NCBI GenBank assembly: GCA_049966155.1
Contig: JBMFVE010000001.1
Span: 654,916 to 718,915 of the forward strand
Length of the DNA: 64,000 nt
Direction of reading: 5' to 3'
DNA from: Candidatus Kryptoniota bacterium
GTDB taxonomy: Bacteria > Bacteroidota > Ignavibacteria > Kryptoniales > JAKASW01
Under the pieces are notes generated by a model. That model ran no database searches. It was not told the origin of the DNA and saw only the letters and a program-made list of their open reading frames with translations. Positions 49,452-59,628 of this stretch are shown here, in pieces (within the stretch, counting starts at the first letter, position 1; each line of letters starts with the position of its first letter). The translations under genes were made by a program, and so were the position numbers.

Positions 49452-50396
49452 TTAATGTGAAATGCTTCCTCCATTCTGAACCAGCTGCTTTGATGTAAAA
49501 AGAGCGACTATAAGCGGCGCAATATCAACTATTGAGTGAATTTTCCCTTTGAAGAAAGCTGAATATTCCCCTGCAATACCTGTTAATACAGGATTTAGTG
49601 TGTGAGCTCTTGTTGAGAGATCTTCAACATTGCCATGATCACTCGAAATTAAAAGAGTGAGCCCCGATAACCCTCTTTCGATTATCCCACCCAGGAATTC
49701 ATCGAATGTTTCCAGGACGTTCCTGGCAAATTCCATATCCTGTTCATGACCTGCATGATCAGTTAGAAAAAACTCAAACATTGTAAAATCATGCTCTTCC
49801 GCTATCTGCCTCATTCTATTTCCAACATCGAAAGGTTTCTGAGGCTCTATATCGGAATATCCAAGGTCAGTGCGCCATCTTTCCCCTGTTATATCTGCAG
49901 ATATTCCCTTGCCTTTTCTAAGCGCTTCGTCATTGCATAACGGTATTCCACTCATCAAGCAGGAGAGCGTTGTTGCACTTAGCTTCCTCTTTCCTGCCTT
50001 CACATATTCAAAGAATTGTCTTGGGTAAGCATTTGCGAAGTATACGTCAACTCCAAGTTCTTTCAGAACTTTAAAGATATTTTTTTCCTCCAGTATGGTT
50101 TTGATTTCAGAATGGGGATAAGGGCCAAAATGCGAGTTAATAACCCTCGCTGCGTTTACGCCTGTGAAAAGAGAAGTTTGCCCTGTGCCACTTTGAGGAA
50201 GTCCTTCCACACCAAGCAAAGCATCCGTCGGTACGATGAAGGATAATCCATTATTATTAAGTATGGGTGAGTCAAGCGAAGGAATTCCACCAAAAAGTTT
50301 TACAAAGTTTGGCATTTTTGCAGAAAAGAACGGATTTATTTCGTTATGATTTTCTCCAATCCCAACGCCATCCAGAAAGAGAAATAGAAAATGCAA
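49452..50396 (-). CDS. Alkaline-phosphatase-superfamily metalloenzyme (phosphopentomutase / cofactor-independent PGM-like)
   Basis: FLDGVGIG, SGTGQTS, TDHAGH and SSDHGN metal/nucleophile-type blocks. Confidence 0.55.
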   Translation of the reverse strand: MHFLFLFLDGVGIGENHNEINPFFSAKMPNFVKLFGGIPSLDSPILNNNGLSFIVPTDALLGVEGLPQSGTGQTSLFTGVNAARVINSHFGPYPHSEIKTILEEKNIFKVLKELGVDVYFANAYPRQFFEYVKAGKRKLSATTLSCLMSGIPLCNDEALRKGKGISADITGERWRTDLGYSDIEPQKPFDVGNRMRQIAEEHDFTMFEFFLTDHAGHEQDMEFARNVLETFDEFLGGIIERGLSGLTLLISSDHGNVEDLSTRAHTLNPVLTGIAGEYSAFFKGKIHSIVDIAPLIVALFTSKQLVQNGGSISH

Positions 50397-50490
50397 ACTC
50401 AGATGTCCTCCATAACGCTCCAGTTAAGTTAATCTCACCTGCCGCCTTTTCCAGCAGCCTGTAACAGATAACAGAGATTTTCTCTTCAAT

Positions 50491-51213
50491 TTAATATCGC
50501 AGCATCCTGATTTCTTTTTTCAAATAATCTCGCCACTCATCTTCCAGCCGGTGTTTATCCACATGTAATACCCTTCTGATTGCCGAATCAAATGTGTTTG
50601 CACGTGTGAATTCGTGAAGAAGCCGTACAAGGGAACCTGCACCAAATTTAACTTCAAGAAACTCCCCGGTAATGCCAAGGTAATAAAGTGTTTCCTCGTA
50701 ATTGCTTCCTGATGAGGTATTCTGTATGCGCTCTTCCAAATCATTTAGGTAATGTACCGAGATAAATGGCACAGGCGACAAACTTTGTAGCTCGCCGCTC
50801 TCATACACTGCAACAGAATATATCAGCCACCACGGCATTCCATTACTGTGCAGCGGTGTCAATAATTGCAGCAGCACACCTCTTGAAAGCTTTTCAATGT
50901 AAGACCCATCTGCACTGCTGTCTGGGCAAACGACATAAAGTATGCCGTTGACCTGCGCAGGCGCGAATACCGAATCAAGACCAGAAACCCGGGTAAATTC
51001 CAAATAGTCCCGGCAGAGCCGTACATTTATCTTACGATCTTGCCCATACTTAATCTGCTTGACATCGGTTTTGAAAACCCCTTGAATAAAATTTAGCCAC
51101 CCCTTCGCATTCTGGCGAGCAGTTGCCCCGGAATAATAGAGGCGTACGTTCTGACTTTCAATCTTCTGAATAGGAGACTGAAACATCAGTACAAATAATA
51201 AAACGCTTATCAT
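50491..51213 (-). CDS. Hypothetical secreted protein
   Basis: N-terminal hydrophobic leader. A 4-nt overlap with dtd suggests co-transcription. I recognise no motif. Confidence 0.4.
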   Translation of the reverse strand: MISVLLFVLMFQSPIQKIESQNVRLYYSGATARQNAKGWLNFIQGVFKTDVKQIKYGQDRKINVRLCRDYLEFTRVSGLDSVFAPAQVNGILYVVCPDSSADGSYIEKLSRGVLLQLLTPLHSNGMPWWLIYSVAVYESGELQSLSPVPFISVHYLNDLEERIQNTSSGSNYEETLYYLGITGEFLEVKFGAGSLVRLLHEFTRANTFDSAIRRVLHVDKHRLEDEWRDYLKKEIRMLRY

Positions 51214-51668
51214 CCTGCCCGTTCCTTCGTATCAATTATAATTGTTACAGGACCATCATTCACAAGGTTGACGTCCATCATTGCCCGAAAAACTCCCGTT
51301 GCAATCCTTCCTTTCCCTATTATTGATTCCAATCGGCCAGCAAAACGATTATAAAGGTGCTCTGCTAATTCGGGTTTCGCCGCAAGCATGTAATTTGGAC
51401 GATTTCCCTTCCTTGTATCACCATAAAGCGTGAATTCTGAAACCACCATTGCAGAGCCGGAGATATCCCTTACCGACAGGTTCATTTTCCCACTGCCGTC
51501 GTCAAATATCCTGATAGCAGCGCACTTATCCGCAAGGAATTCCGCGTCCTCATCGGTGTCATTCTTATGGACACCAACCAAGATTAATATTCCCCTATCA
51601 ATTTCGCTGTACTTTTCTCCCCCAACCCAGACCTGACATTTTTTCACTCTCTGCACAATCGCTTTCAT
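51210..51668 (-). CDS. dtd: D-aminoacyl-tRNA deacylase
   Basis: MKAIVQRV N-terminus, SEFTLYGD block and NDGPVT near the C-terminus. 152 aa. Confidence 0.9.
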   Translation of the reverse strand: MKAIVQRVKKCQVWVGGEKYSEIDRGILILVGVHKNDTDEDAEFLADKCAAIRIFDDGSGKMNLSVRDISGSAMVVSEFTLYGDTRKGNRPNYMLAAKPELAEHLYNRFAGRLESIIGKGRIATGVFRAMMDVNLVNDGPVTIIIDTKERAG

Positions 51669-52555
51669 AAACCAAACCTTCCAGATACAACCCTCTCCAC
51701 TTGAGACAAATCTTTGCGGATATAAACTTCCGAAGCGCCAGCCTTTTTAAAAATGGCTGCTACATCGCCAGCCTTTCCAAATTCAACCTCCACAAATATC
51801 CATCCGCCAGGTCTTACCAAAAGGTCCTTTTTTTCTGCAAGCGCTCTGTAAAATGTCAGACCGTCTCCGTTGTCCGTTAACGCATGTACCGGTTCAAATT
51901 TGAGAATGTCCTGAGGTAAAGAAGCAAGTTTCGACTTTGAAACATATGGTGGATTAGAAACTACAATGTCAAAATGATGCTCGAAAGTTTCACCGGTAAT
52001 TTTGAAAAGGTCTGCCTCCATAAAATATATCCGTCCGTCCACATTATTTAGCTGACAGTTTTCCTTTGCCAGATCAAGTGCATTTGTATCAACATCTATT
52101 GCCGTGATTTGGGCGTTGCTGACAAACTTTGCAAGGGCTATTGCTATGCATCCAGAACCCGTTCCAATATCCAATATGCTGATATTGTTTTTTTCCGACA
52201 GATATGACCGACAATATTCTATAACCGATTCGGTAAGTGTTTCGGTTTCGGGTCGCGGAATAAGCGCACGTTTATCAACTTTTAAGTCAATTGAATAAAA
52301 GTTGGTTTTTCCAATAATATACTGTACCGGTTCATGGGCGAGCCGCCTCTTTAAGAGCGCCTTAAATTTATCAAGCTCTTCTCTTGTAAGAGGCTTGTCG
52401 TGCTTTACGTAAAGGTCAAATCGCCTTACGCCGAGAGCTGCGGATAGCAGAAGTTCTATATTCAGCCTTGCTTCATCAAATTCCCTCTCAGCTAAGTAGT
52501 TTGTCCCCCATTTAATGAGGTCCAAGATTGTCCAAGTCTTCTCTTTTACCGCCAT
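51665..52555 (-). CDS. prmC: Release-factor glutamine N5-methyltransferase
   Basis: SAM motif ILDIGTGSGCIA and catalytic VSNPPYV. Confidence 0.9.
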   Translation of the reverse strand: MAVKEKTWTILDLIKWGTNYLAEREFDEARLNIELLLSAALGVRRFDLYVKHDKPLTREELDKFKALLKRRLAHEPVQYIIGKTNFYSIDLKVDKRALIPRPETETLTESVIEYCRSYLSEKNNISILDIGTGSGCIAIALAKFVSNAQITAIDVDTNALDLAKENCQLNNVDGRIYFMEADLFKITGETFEHHFDIVVSNPPYVSKSKLASLPQDILKFEPVHALTDNGDGLTFYRALAEKKDLLVRPGGWIFVEVEFGKAGDVAAIFKKAGASEVYIRKDLSQVERVVSGRFGL

Positions 52556-52594
52556 CGATCAACAAATTAATATTCTATTACATTTCTCCGATGT

Positions 52595-53122
52595 TCATCT
52601 CAATTTTAACCGTTGACCACTTCTTAATATCTCAATAACATCAGAACCAAGATCACCCCTGGGTTCTTCTTCGATTCTCCCAATCTCTTTTCCTTTTTGA
52701 TAGAAAATAAATGTGGGTACCTTTTCAATTTCAAGCCCATCAGTTAATTGTCTTCTCCACCCCCGGGAGCGTGGTAATGCAACAAAGCTCACATGACCCT
52801 TGAGAGCCGTCTTATCAACGATATGCAGAAACATAGGGACCCACATTTGGCTATCTGAGCACCAGGACCCAAAATAAATTGTTACAGAGTCACCGTCAAA
52901 TAACGAATCTATCTGTCTGATAAGGCTTTCAGTTGGATTATAGAGAGAGTAATTTTCGACGTACCATGATGAATCAGAAAAATCCTTCCTGGTAACTCTT
53001 CCAATTAAAATATTCTGGCCTGTTATTGAATCTCTTGCTGTTCTGATGCACATTGATTCATTTTGAGAATATGCCAGATGTGAAACCACCAGGACAATAA
53101 AAACAAACGCCAATTCTCTCAT
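52595..53122 (-). CDS. Thioredoxin-fold family protein, secreted
   Basis: Signal peptide, a WCSDS (CxxS-type) motif, and a C-terminal VPTFIFY thioredoxin-fold block. Confidence 0.55.
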   Translation of the reverse strand: MRELAFVFIVLVVSHLAYSQNESMCIRTARDSITGQNILIGRVTRKDFSDSSWYVENYSLYNPTESLIRQIDSLFDGDSVTIYFGSWCSDSQMWVPMFLHIVDKTALKGHVSFVALPRSRGWRRQLTDGLEIEKVPTFIFYQKGKEIGRIEEEPRGDLGSDVIEILRSGQRLKLR

Positions 53123-53123
53123 T

Positions 53124-54059
53124 TTATATTTCCTCCTCTTTTGACCCGCCTGATGACCTGATATCCACTCCCCACATCAACTTTGTTCTCAGTAAGTTGA
53201 AGAACCCATTTGCACTCTTTCTGAGAAGCACAGTTTTATATGGCGCGAGTGCAACTGCTACCTCAGCCGGCTGTGAGAGCAACGATGACACCTGACCATC
53301 CGCAGTAATCATCACATTCTTAAAGGTTGAGCGCACAATTACACGAACAAAAGAACTGTCAGGTACAACAACAGGACGGGCAGAAAGCGTGTGAGGCGAA
53401 ATCGGACTTATTGCAATAACCCGACTTGCAGGGGTAATTATTGGACCGCCGGTAGATAGGCAATATCCTGTTGAACCCGTGGGAGTGCTCAACACAAGTC
53501 CATCTCCACGGTATGTTATCAGGTATTCGTTGTCAACATATGTTTCAAGGTCAATCATACGAGAAGACCCTGCTTTGTCAATTACTATGTCATTGAGGGC
53601 GTCGACTGAAGTTTCCTTTCCGCTATTTAAGAAATTAGCTCTAAGTACGGTGCGCTCTTCCAGATTAAACCGCCCTGCAAACAGCTCGTCAACACTTTTC
53701 TCTAATTCATCTGAACTGACTTCAGCAAGGAATCCGAGTTTACCAAGGTTGATTCCCAAAATTGGTATGCCTGCTGCTGCAACAAGCTTGGCGGTCCGAA
53801 GAATCGTCCCATCACCTCCAAGCGAAATTATTATATTAGCTTTTTCAGGTATTTGTTCCCATGGAATTACCAAAGGGGATTTGCCGCTGGAGTTAAGCAA
53901 CTTTACCCGCTCTGCCACTTCGGTCTGGACAGCGTATTCCAGTTGATGTCTCTCGAGAATCCTGATTAATTCCTCGGCAGTTGTAAATGTTGAATTCTTT
54001 TCCAGATTCCCAACGATTCCAATTACTGATTTTTTTGACGGCAAGAATCTCTTTCCCAT
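53124..54059 (-). CDS. nadK: NAD+ kinase
   Basis: SLGGDGTILR, NLGKLGFL and TPTGSTGY motifs. Confidence 0.9.
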   Translation of the reverse strand: MGKRFLPSKKSVIGIVGNLEKNSTFTTAEELIRILERHQLEYAVQTEVAERVKLLNSSGKSPLVIPWEQIPEKANIIISLGGDGTILRTAKLVAAAGIPILGINLGKLGFLAEVSSDELEKSVDELFAGRFNLEERTVLRANFLNSGKETSVDALNDIVIDKAGSSRMIDLETYVDNEYLITYRGDGLVLSTPTGSTGYCLSTGGPIITPASRVIAISPISPHTLSARPVVVPDSSFVRVIVRSTFKNVMITADGQVSSLLSQPAEVAVALAPYKTVLLRKSANGFFNLLRTKLMWGVDIRSSGGSKEEEI

Positions 54060-54199
54060 CCATATACCTCTAATGTTTCATTTTACATCAAAGCATCAAA
54101 TATTTCAATTGAAGGAAGCAGCTTCCCTCGCTTGAAGATAAAATTTTCGAGTTAATAGCACGTTTACATATAATCATATCTAAAATTTTAGAGCAAGAG

Positions 54200-54877
54200 T
54201 TACAATTTAACTTTTTTACCGTAATTTCTCTCACTCGCCTCAGCCAGTTTCATTAGTTCTTCAGACGACAGCTCCTTCGCACCCCCGAGTAGTTTTGATA
54301 CCCATAACACTTTAGCGGTGTGCTCAACCTTTTCCATTTTATTGTAAGCATCTATCAAGCTGACTCCACATGTCACGACGCCGTGATTTGCTAGAAGAAT
54401 CGCATCATAGTTGGTAACGAGATCTCTTATTGAATCGGGGACTTCACTGGTAGAAGGGGTGGCGTAATTTGCAACCGGGATCTTTCCAAAAGTTACGATT
54501 ACCTCCGGAAAAATTTTCTTGTCCATAGGCAGTCGGACAGCAGCAAATGCAGTGGCAAAAACGGGGTGCGCGTGAACGACGGCTCTAACATCAGAACGCA
54601 CCTTGTAAATAAGATTGTGCATGGCATACTCTGTGGATGGCTTCCGATATGAGGGATTAAATTTGCCATCAGGTCTAACGCTGACAATGTCTGAAATGCT
54701 AACTTCCCTCTTGTTCAGAGAACTGGCGGTTATCAGAACAGTCCCGTCTGAAAGTCTGGTGCTTACGTTTCCATCTGTCGCGGCAACAAATCCGTTTTCA
54801 GCCAAAAGATGGCAAACTTTTACTATCTCCCTCTTACCCCTTTCCACCTCACCCTTCACTATTACCTTTTTTGACAT
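54200..54877 (-). CDS. Class II aldolase/adducin-family protein
   Basis: TDGNVS, VVHAHP and LLANHGVV motifs. The ATG at 54877 has the RBS GAAGGAGAG; the track's upstream extension overlaps the aminotransferase gene. Confidence 0.8.
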   Translation of the reverse strand: MSKKVIVKGEVERGKREIVKVCHLLAENGFVAATDGNVSTRLSDGTVLITASSLNKREVSISDIVSVRPDGKFNPSYRKPSTEYAMHNLIYKVRSDVRAVVHAHPVFATAFAAVRLPMDKKIFPEVIVTFGKIPVANYATPSTSEVPDSIRDLVTNYDAILLANHGVVTCGVSLIDAYNKMEKVEHTAKVLWVSKLLGGAKELSSEELMKLAEASERNYGKKVKL

Positions 54878-54893
54878 TTGCTCTCCTTCATCC

Positions 54894-56117
54894 TCAAAAT
54901 TGCTTATATCCGGACAAAAACCTTTCCAACCTATCGAAAGCCAATTCAAGATCTCTCTTTTCAGGCAAAAAGACAATTCTAAAATGATCCGGTTTATGCC
55001 AGTTGAATCCTGTACCCTGCACCAACAGTACTTTCTCCTTCAAAAGAAAATCCAGAACAAACTTCTCATCACTGTTTATTGAAAATCTTTTAGAATCTAT
55101 TTTGGGAAAAAGATAAAATGCACCATTCGGCTTCACACACGAAATACCGGGAATGGAGTTAATACGCTCGAAACTGTAGTTTCTCTGCTCTGTGAGTCTT
55201 CCAAATGGACCTGTATGCTCCCTCATCAAGTCATAACTTTTAAGTGCTGGTTCAATGGCAAACTGTGCAGGAACATTACTGCAGAGTCTCATGGACGCCA
55301 GCATATTTACGCCTTCAAGCAAATCTCCCGCCCCCTCTCTTTTTCCACTTATAACCAGCCATGCTACCCGAAATCCTGCTATCATATGTGATTTCGACAA
55401 CCCATTGAGAGTGAAAAACAGTACATCATCGGAAAGCGAAGCTATTGATATATGCTGCAAATCATCATATAAAATCCTGTCGTAAATTTCGTCAGCAAAT
55501 ATGATAAGATTATGTGCAGCGGCAATATCAACTATTTTTTGAAGAACTTCTTTAGGATAAACAGCACCTGTAGGGTTATTGGGATTAATTACAACGATGC
55601 CCCTTGTCTTTCTGGAGATTTTTCTCTCTATGTCAGAAATATCCGGAAGCCAATTGGATGCTTCATCGCAAATATAGTGAACTGGCCTCCCCCCGGCAAG
55701 AGTTACTGCAGCTGTCCAGAGTGGATAATCGGGCGATGGTATCATTAATTCATCCCCGTCATTGAGCAACGCCTGGGTACAAATGCTTATTAGCTCACTA
55801 ACTCCATTCCCTATGTAAACATTGCCAGTTTCAGCGCTCTTTATCCCACTCTTACGAGAATAGTCGGCCACAGCGACTCTTGCAGAAAAAATTCCCTTCG
55901 AATCTACATACCCTTCAGCGTTTGTCAAATTAGATTCGACAGATTTTATTACATCTTCAGGAGCTCTAAAACCAAACAGTGCAGGATTACCAATGTTAAG
56001 TTTGAGAATTTTCTCTCCAGCTTCTTCCATCTTGGATGCAAACTCCAATATGGGCCCACGAATATCGTACCCGACGCCTTCAAGTTTGGTGGATTTTCTA
56101 AACTCCCTCTTCATCAA
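54894..56117 (-). CDS. Class I/II PLP aminotransferase (AlaA-like)
   Basis: INPNNPTG and LNGLSKSHMIAGFRVAW (PLP-Lys) motifs. 407 aa. Confidence 0.9.
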   Translation of the reverse strand: MMKREFRKSTKLEGVGYDIRGPILEFASKMEEAGEKILKLNIGNPALFGFRAPEDVIKSVESNLTNAEGYVDSKGIFSARVAVADYSRKSGIKSAETGNVYIGNGVSELISICTQALLNDGDELMIPSPDYPLWTAAVTLAGGRPVHYICDEASNWLPDISDIERKISRKTRGIVVINPNNPTGAVYPKEVLQKIVDIAAAHNLIIFADEIYDRILYDDLQHISIASLSDDVLFFTLNGLSKSHMIAGFRVAWLVISGKREGAGDLLEGVNMLASMRLCSNVPAQFAIEPALKSYDLMREHTGPFGRLTEQRNYSFERINSIPGISCVKPNGAFYLFPKIDSKRFSINSDEKFVLDFLLKEKVLLVQGTGFNWHKPDHFRIVFLPEKRDLELAFDRLERFLSGYKQF

Positions 56118-56133
56118 CTATTCTGACCATAGT

Positions 56134-56616
56134 TCATTTAAGCAGGCGCAATGCTTCTGTCCACACTTGATTCTCTACCAATATATTCGTTTTCCTCTCA
56201 GCAATTTCACGGAACCTTTTGACAAAGGACTGCACAATATCATTTGGGACCTGAGCAGCCTCCAGCTTTATAATCAAAACAGCATCTACAATTCGGACAG
56301 ATAAATTCAAGGTGTCAGAATAAAACTTATCAAGACCATCGCGAATACTTGCAACATCCATTCCGATAAATGCATTGTCAAATCCGACTGTATCAGATTG
56401 ATTTGCGTGCATCCCCCAGAAAACAGCCATGTTATACATTCCATCCACATAAAACGTTTTGCGGGTCATAGTTTCAGCGCTTGTGCCAACCTCCAGGTTC
56501 CGCCACGTAACCCCGTTTTGCAATCCGATCGGCATTTCCTGAGCATAAACATAAGTGATGCTGATGGCTATTATTGAAAATGCCATCATAAGAATAATTT
56601 GATAATTCCTACACAT
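56134..56616 (-). CDS. Hypothetical secreted protein
   Basis: N-terminal hydrophobic leader ending YAQE. I recognise no motif. It is tightly packed between two minus-strand genes. Confidence 0.4.
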   Translation of the reverse strand: MCRNYQIILMMAFSIIAISITYVYAQEMPIGLQNGVTWRNLEVGTSAETMTRKTFYVDGMYNMAVFWGMHANQSDTVGFDNAFIGMDVASIRDGLDKFYSDTLNLSVRIVDAVLIIKLEAAQVPNDIVQSFVKRFREIAERKTNILVENQVWTEALRLLK

Positions 56617-56627
56617 TTCTCAAACCT

Positions 56628-57626
56628 TTATGACAAAGACAAGTCTAACTTATCCCATGTTTCTGCAGATTTCAAAGCAGCGACAATGGTCCTAAAGTCA
56701 AGGTAACCTTCATGGAAGGTGCTTACAGGGCTCTTCCTTTGACGGATAGCATTGTAAAAATCCACAAACTCTTCTGTATATCCCCCATCGGTATCAAAAT
56801 ACTCCACCCTCGGCTCATGTTTGCCATTGAATACAGACAACTTTTTCCCATTTATAATCATGGTTGCGGTTGTACCAAAAACCGTAAGCTGATTTTCATT
56901 GTAGCCTTTCACGGAATAATATGAGTTAAACACACCTGTCACCTCCTGTTCTGTTCGAAACTGAAACGAAAATGAATCAACCTTTCCAATAGTCGGATTC
57001 ACACTATGCCATTGACCAATACCAGACACAATTTCACCGAAAAGCATTCGGATCACAGCAATCATGTGGACCCCGCCATCCGTGATAAACCCTCCCGGAT
57101 ATCGATGGTTGACCCTCCACATCGTGGCTGCATACTTGTTTTCAGCAGACATTTCAAGGAAGTTATTCCAGAACATTGCATATGGTTTGCCTATTTCTCC
57201 AGAAGAAATTATCTCCCGTGCTCGAATAAAAACAGGATTATATCTAAAATTTTCTGCTACCATCATCACACGATCGTAACGCTCGGGAAAAGTTGTCATC
57301 AGTTCTGCATCAAAGAGGTTCCCTGCTATTGGCTTTTCGACAATCACGTGCTTGCCTGCTTCAAGGGCATCCTTCACCACGCGGAAATTAAGATGTATTG
57401 GAAGGGCTATGTCAACAGCCTCCACAGCTGAATTGTTAAGGATATCCCTGTAATTAAGTGTAAAAGGGACGTTGTTAAGCAGTTCAGAAAATTCCCTTGC
57501 TTTTTGCTCAGTGTGATTGCACACCGCCACAATTTCATATTTGTCCTTTAATTTCGTCAGGGCCGGCAAGTGTAGCTCCCTCGCCGCGATCCCCGTACCA
57601 ATAATAGCAAGTTTTACAGTGTCCAT
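56628..57626 (-). CDS. Gfo/Idh/MocA-family NAD(P)-dependent oxidoreductase
   Basis: Rossmann N-terminus KLAIIGTGIAAREL, then the EKP motif (VIVEKPIA). The ATG at 57626 is preferred. Confidence 0.85.
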   Translation of the reverse strand: MDTVKLAIIGTGIAARELHLPALTKLKDKYEIVAVCNHTEQKAREFSELLNNVPFTLNYRDILNNSAVEAVDIALPIHLNFRVVKDALEAGKHVIVEKPIAGNLFDAELMTTFPERYDRVMMVAENFRYNPVFIRAREIISSGEIGKPYAMFWNNFLEMSAENKYAATMWRVNHRYPGGFITDGGVHMIAVIRMLFGEIVSGIGQWHSVNPTIGKVDSFSFQFRTEQEVTGVFNSYYSVKGYNENQLTVFGTTATMIINGKKLSVFNGKHEPRVEYFDTDGGYTEEFVDFYNAIRQRKSPVSTFHEGYLDFRTIVAALKSAETWDKLDLSLS

Positions 57627-57864
57627 ATTAACATCACGATGACCTTTTGACAATACTTATATGACTTAGGGTGCTGAAATGGGGCACGCAGTATAAAATC
57701 TATTAGAAAATGGGGTTTCTTCAAAGGGAAAACTCAATAACTTTGTAGTAATGCAAAGTTTCTTTTAATGTCAAAGTAAGTTGAAAATGACTTGAATATT
57801 TCGAACGACTGTTACAAAATGTGACCAGGCAGTCATCTATAGAACCAAAAGGAACAGAATAAAC

Positions 57865-58500
57865 ATGATGCAGGAAAAAAGATTGACGCGTAGGGAGAGA
57901 GAACGCATCTCCAGAAGAAACGATATCATAACAGCTGCCCGGCACATTTTTGCCAAGCGCGGTTATCAGGAAGCAACATTAGAAGAAATAGCAGGCACAG
58001 CCGAATTCGGAAAGGGAACAATTTACAATTATTTTAAGAGTAAAGAAGATTTATTTTGTGCCATACTTGACGAAACATTTGACGATATAGTTGAACTTAC
58101 AAAACGATCAACAGAAATTGGATTGACAGCCCGCGATAAACTCAAAAATTTTGCTGTACACGGAATGAGGTATTACCGTGAAAACCGTGACTTCTTTATC
58201 CTTCTCATGCGGGAAGCAAACCAGGTTCATGTGGAAACACGCAACAAGAATATAAGAAAAGTACTCGAACGGCTGGATGAACTGCTCAATGTGATTGCAG
58301 CGGCAATTAGCAAAGACATAAAAGCAAAAAGAATAAAATCTTTTGATCCAGTGGGAATATCAAATATTTTTTTAAATATGGTCCACGGATTTCTTATGAG
58401 GAACATGATCCGTCTGGAAGATCTCACAGATAGTCAAATTGATGCAGCCGCGGACTTAATTATCTCCGTCTTCTTTGAAGGCGTTTCAACTGAAAGATGA
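57865..58500 (+). CDS. TetR/AcrR-family transcriptional regulator
   Basis: HTH TLEEIAGTAEFGKGTIYNYFKSKEDL. It is the first gene of the efflux operon. Confidence 0.9.
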   Translation: MMQEKRLTRRERERISRRNDIITAARHIFAKRGYQEATLEEIAGTAEFGKGTIYNYFKSKEDLFCAILDETFDDIVELTKRSTEIGLTARDKLKNFAVHGMRYYRENRDFFILLMREANQVHVETRNKNIRKVLERLDELLNVIAAAISKDIKAKRIKSFDPVGISNIFLNMVHGFLMRNMIRLEDLTDSQIDAAADLIISVFFEGVSTER

Positions 58501-58550
58501 ATTAGCATAAATAATTGAACTGGAAGTTAATCAAACCACGGAGAATAAAG

Positions 58551-59609
58551 ATGTATATGAAAGAGCATAATGAAAACTTGCAAACACTAAGCAGGATTAC
58601 CGTTATCATCCTTCTTTTTAGCGTTCTTGGATGCCAATCAAAACAAAGAAACAAAACAGAGGTGGAAGCAGTACCAGTCGAGGTGCAGACAACAAGCCTG
58701 ACAACAGTTGATAACACCTTAAGTTTATCGGGGAACATTGATCCAATAGCAATGTCTAATGTCGGTTCACCAATATCAGGGAAGATAGAAAAGATTTACG
58801 TGAAAGAAGGTGACTTTGTCAAACAGGGTGATCTTATCGTACAAATGAATGATGCTCAATTAGAACAGGCAAAACTCAAATATCAGTTGTCCAAATTGGA
58901 CTATGATCGAATGTCGAAGTTATATGAGGAACACGTCATAACACAACAGCAGTTCGATCAGGTCAAGACTGTGTACGAGAATGACAAGACTGCTTATGAA
59001 TTCATGCTGAGCTCAACACAAATAAGAGCTCCGCTCTCAGGAGTCGTGACATCAAAGTACCTTAATGATGGCGAGATGTTTATTCTTTTTCCAGGACAGC
59101 TCGGTTCTCCGGCAATTGTGACCATCATGCAAATTTCTCGGATCAAAGTCACAGTTGCCGTACCTGAAAACTACCTTCCTTTAATAAAGCTTGGACAAAA
59201 GGCTACATTGACAGTTGATCCATACCCGGGGAAGATATTCGAAGGAAGCATTGCCAGGATAAATCCAGCCCTGAACAAAAACACCCGCACTTTTCTTGTG
59301 GAAATTCATGTGCCCAACCCAAAATTGGAACTTCGACCAGGGATGCTTGCTTCAGTGAAGCTTTACCTGGGCAAAATAAGGACTATCCTTGTCCCACCTG
59401 ATGCAGTCCTCAAGGTTCCTGGGTCGAATATTGAATACGCTTATGTGATAAATGGCAACAAAGCACAAAGAAGAGAGGTACAAACAGGAAAGTATTTCAA
59501 CGATATGCTTTCAGTTACTACCGGATTAAATCCAGACGAGAAGCTGGTTGTTGTCGGCCAAACAAACATCAAAGATGGCACAATCGTAAAAATAAGCCAA
59601 ACACACTAA
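58551..59609 (+). CDS. RND efflux periplasmic adaptor (MFP) lipoprotein
   Basis: The ATG at 58551 follows GGAGAATAAAG. Lipobox LLFSVLGC. Lipoyl/beta-barrel blocks (GDLIVQMND, IRAPLSGVVTS). Confidence 0.9.
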   Translation: MYMKEHNENLQTLSRITVIILLFSVLGCQSKQRNKTEVEAVPVEVQTTSLTTVDNTLSLSGNIDPIAMSNVGSPISGKIEKIYVKEGDFVKQGDLIVQMNDAQLEQAKLKYQLSKLDYDRMSKLYEEHVITQQQFDQVKTVYENDKTAYEFMLSSTQIRAPLSGVVTSKYLNDGEMFILFPGQLGSPAIVTIMQISRIKVTVAVPENYLPLIKLGQKATLTVDPYPGKIFEGSIARINPALNKNTRTFLVEIHVPNPKLELRPGMLASVKLYLGKIRTILVPPDAVLKVPGSNIEYAYVINGNKAQRREVQTGKYFNDMLSVTTGLNPDEKLVVVGQTNIKDGTIVKISQTH

Positions 59610-59628
59610 AGCTTAGCAGAGGATTAAG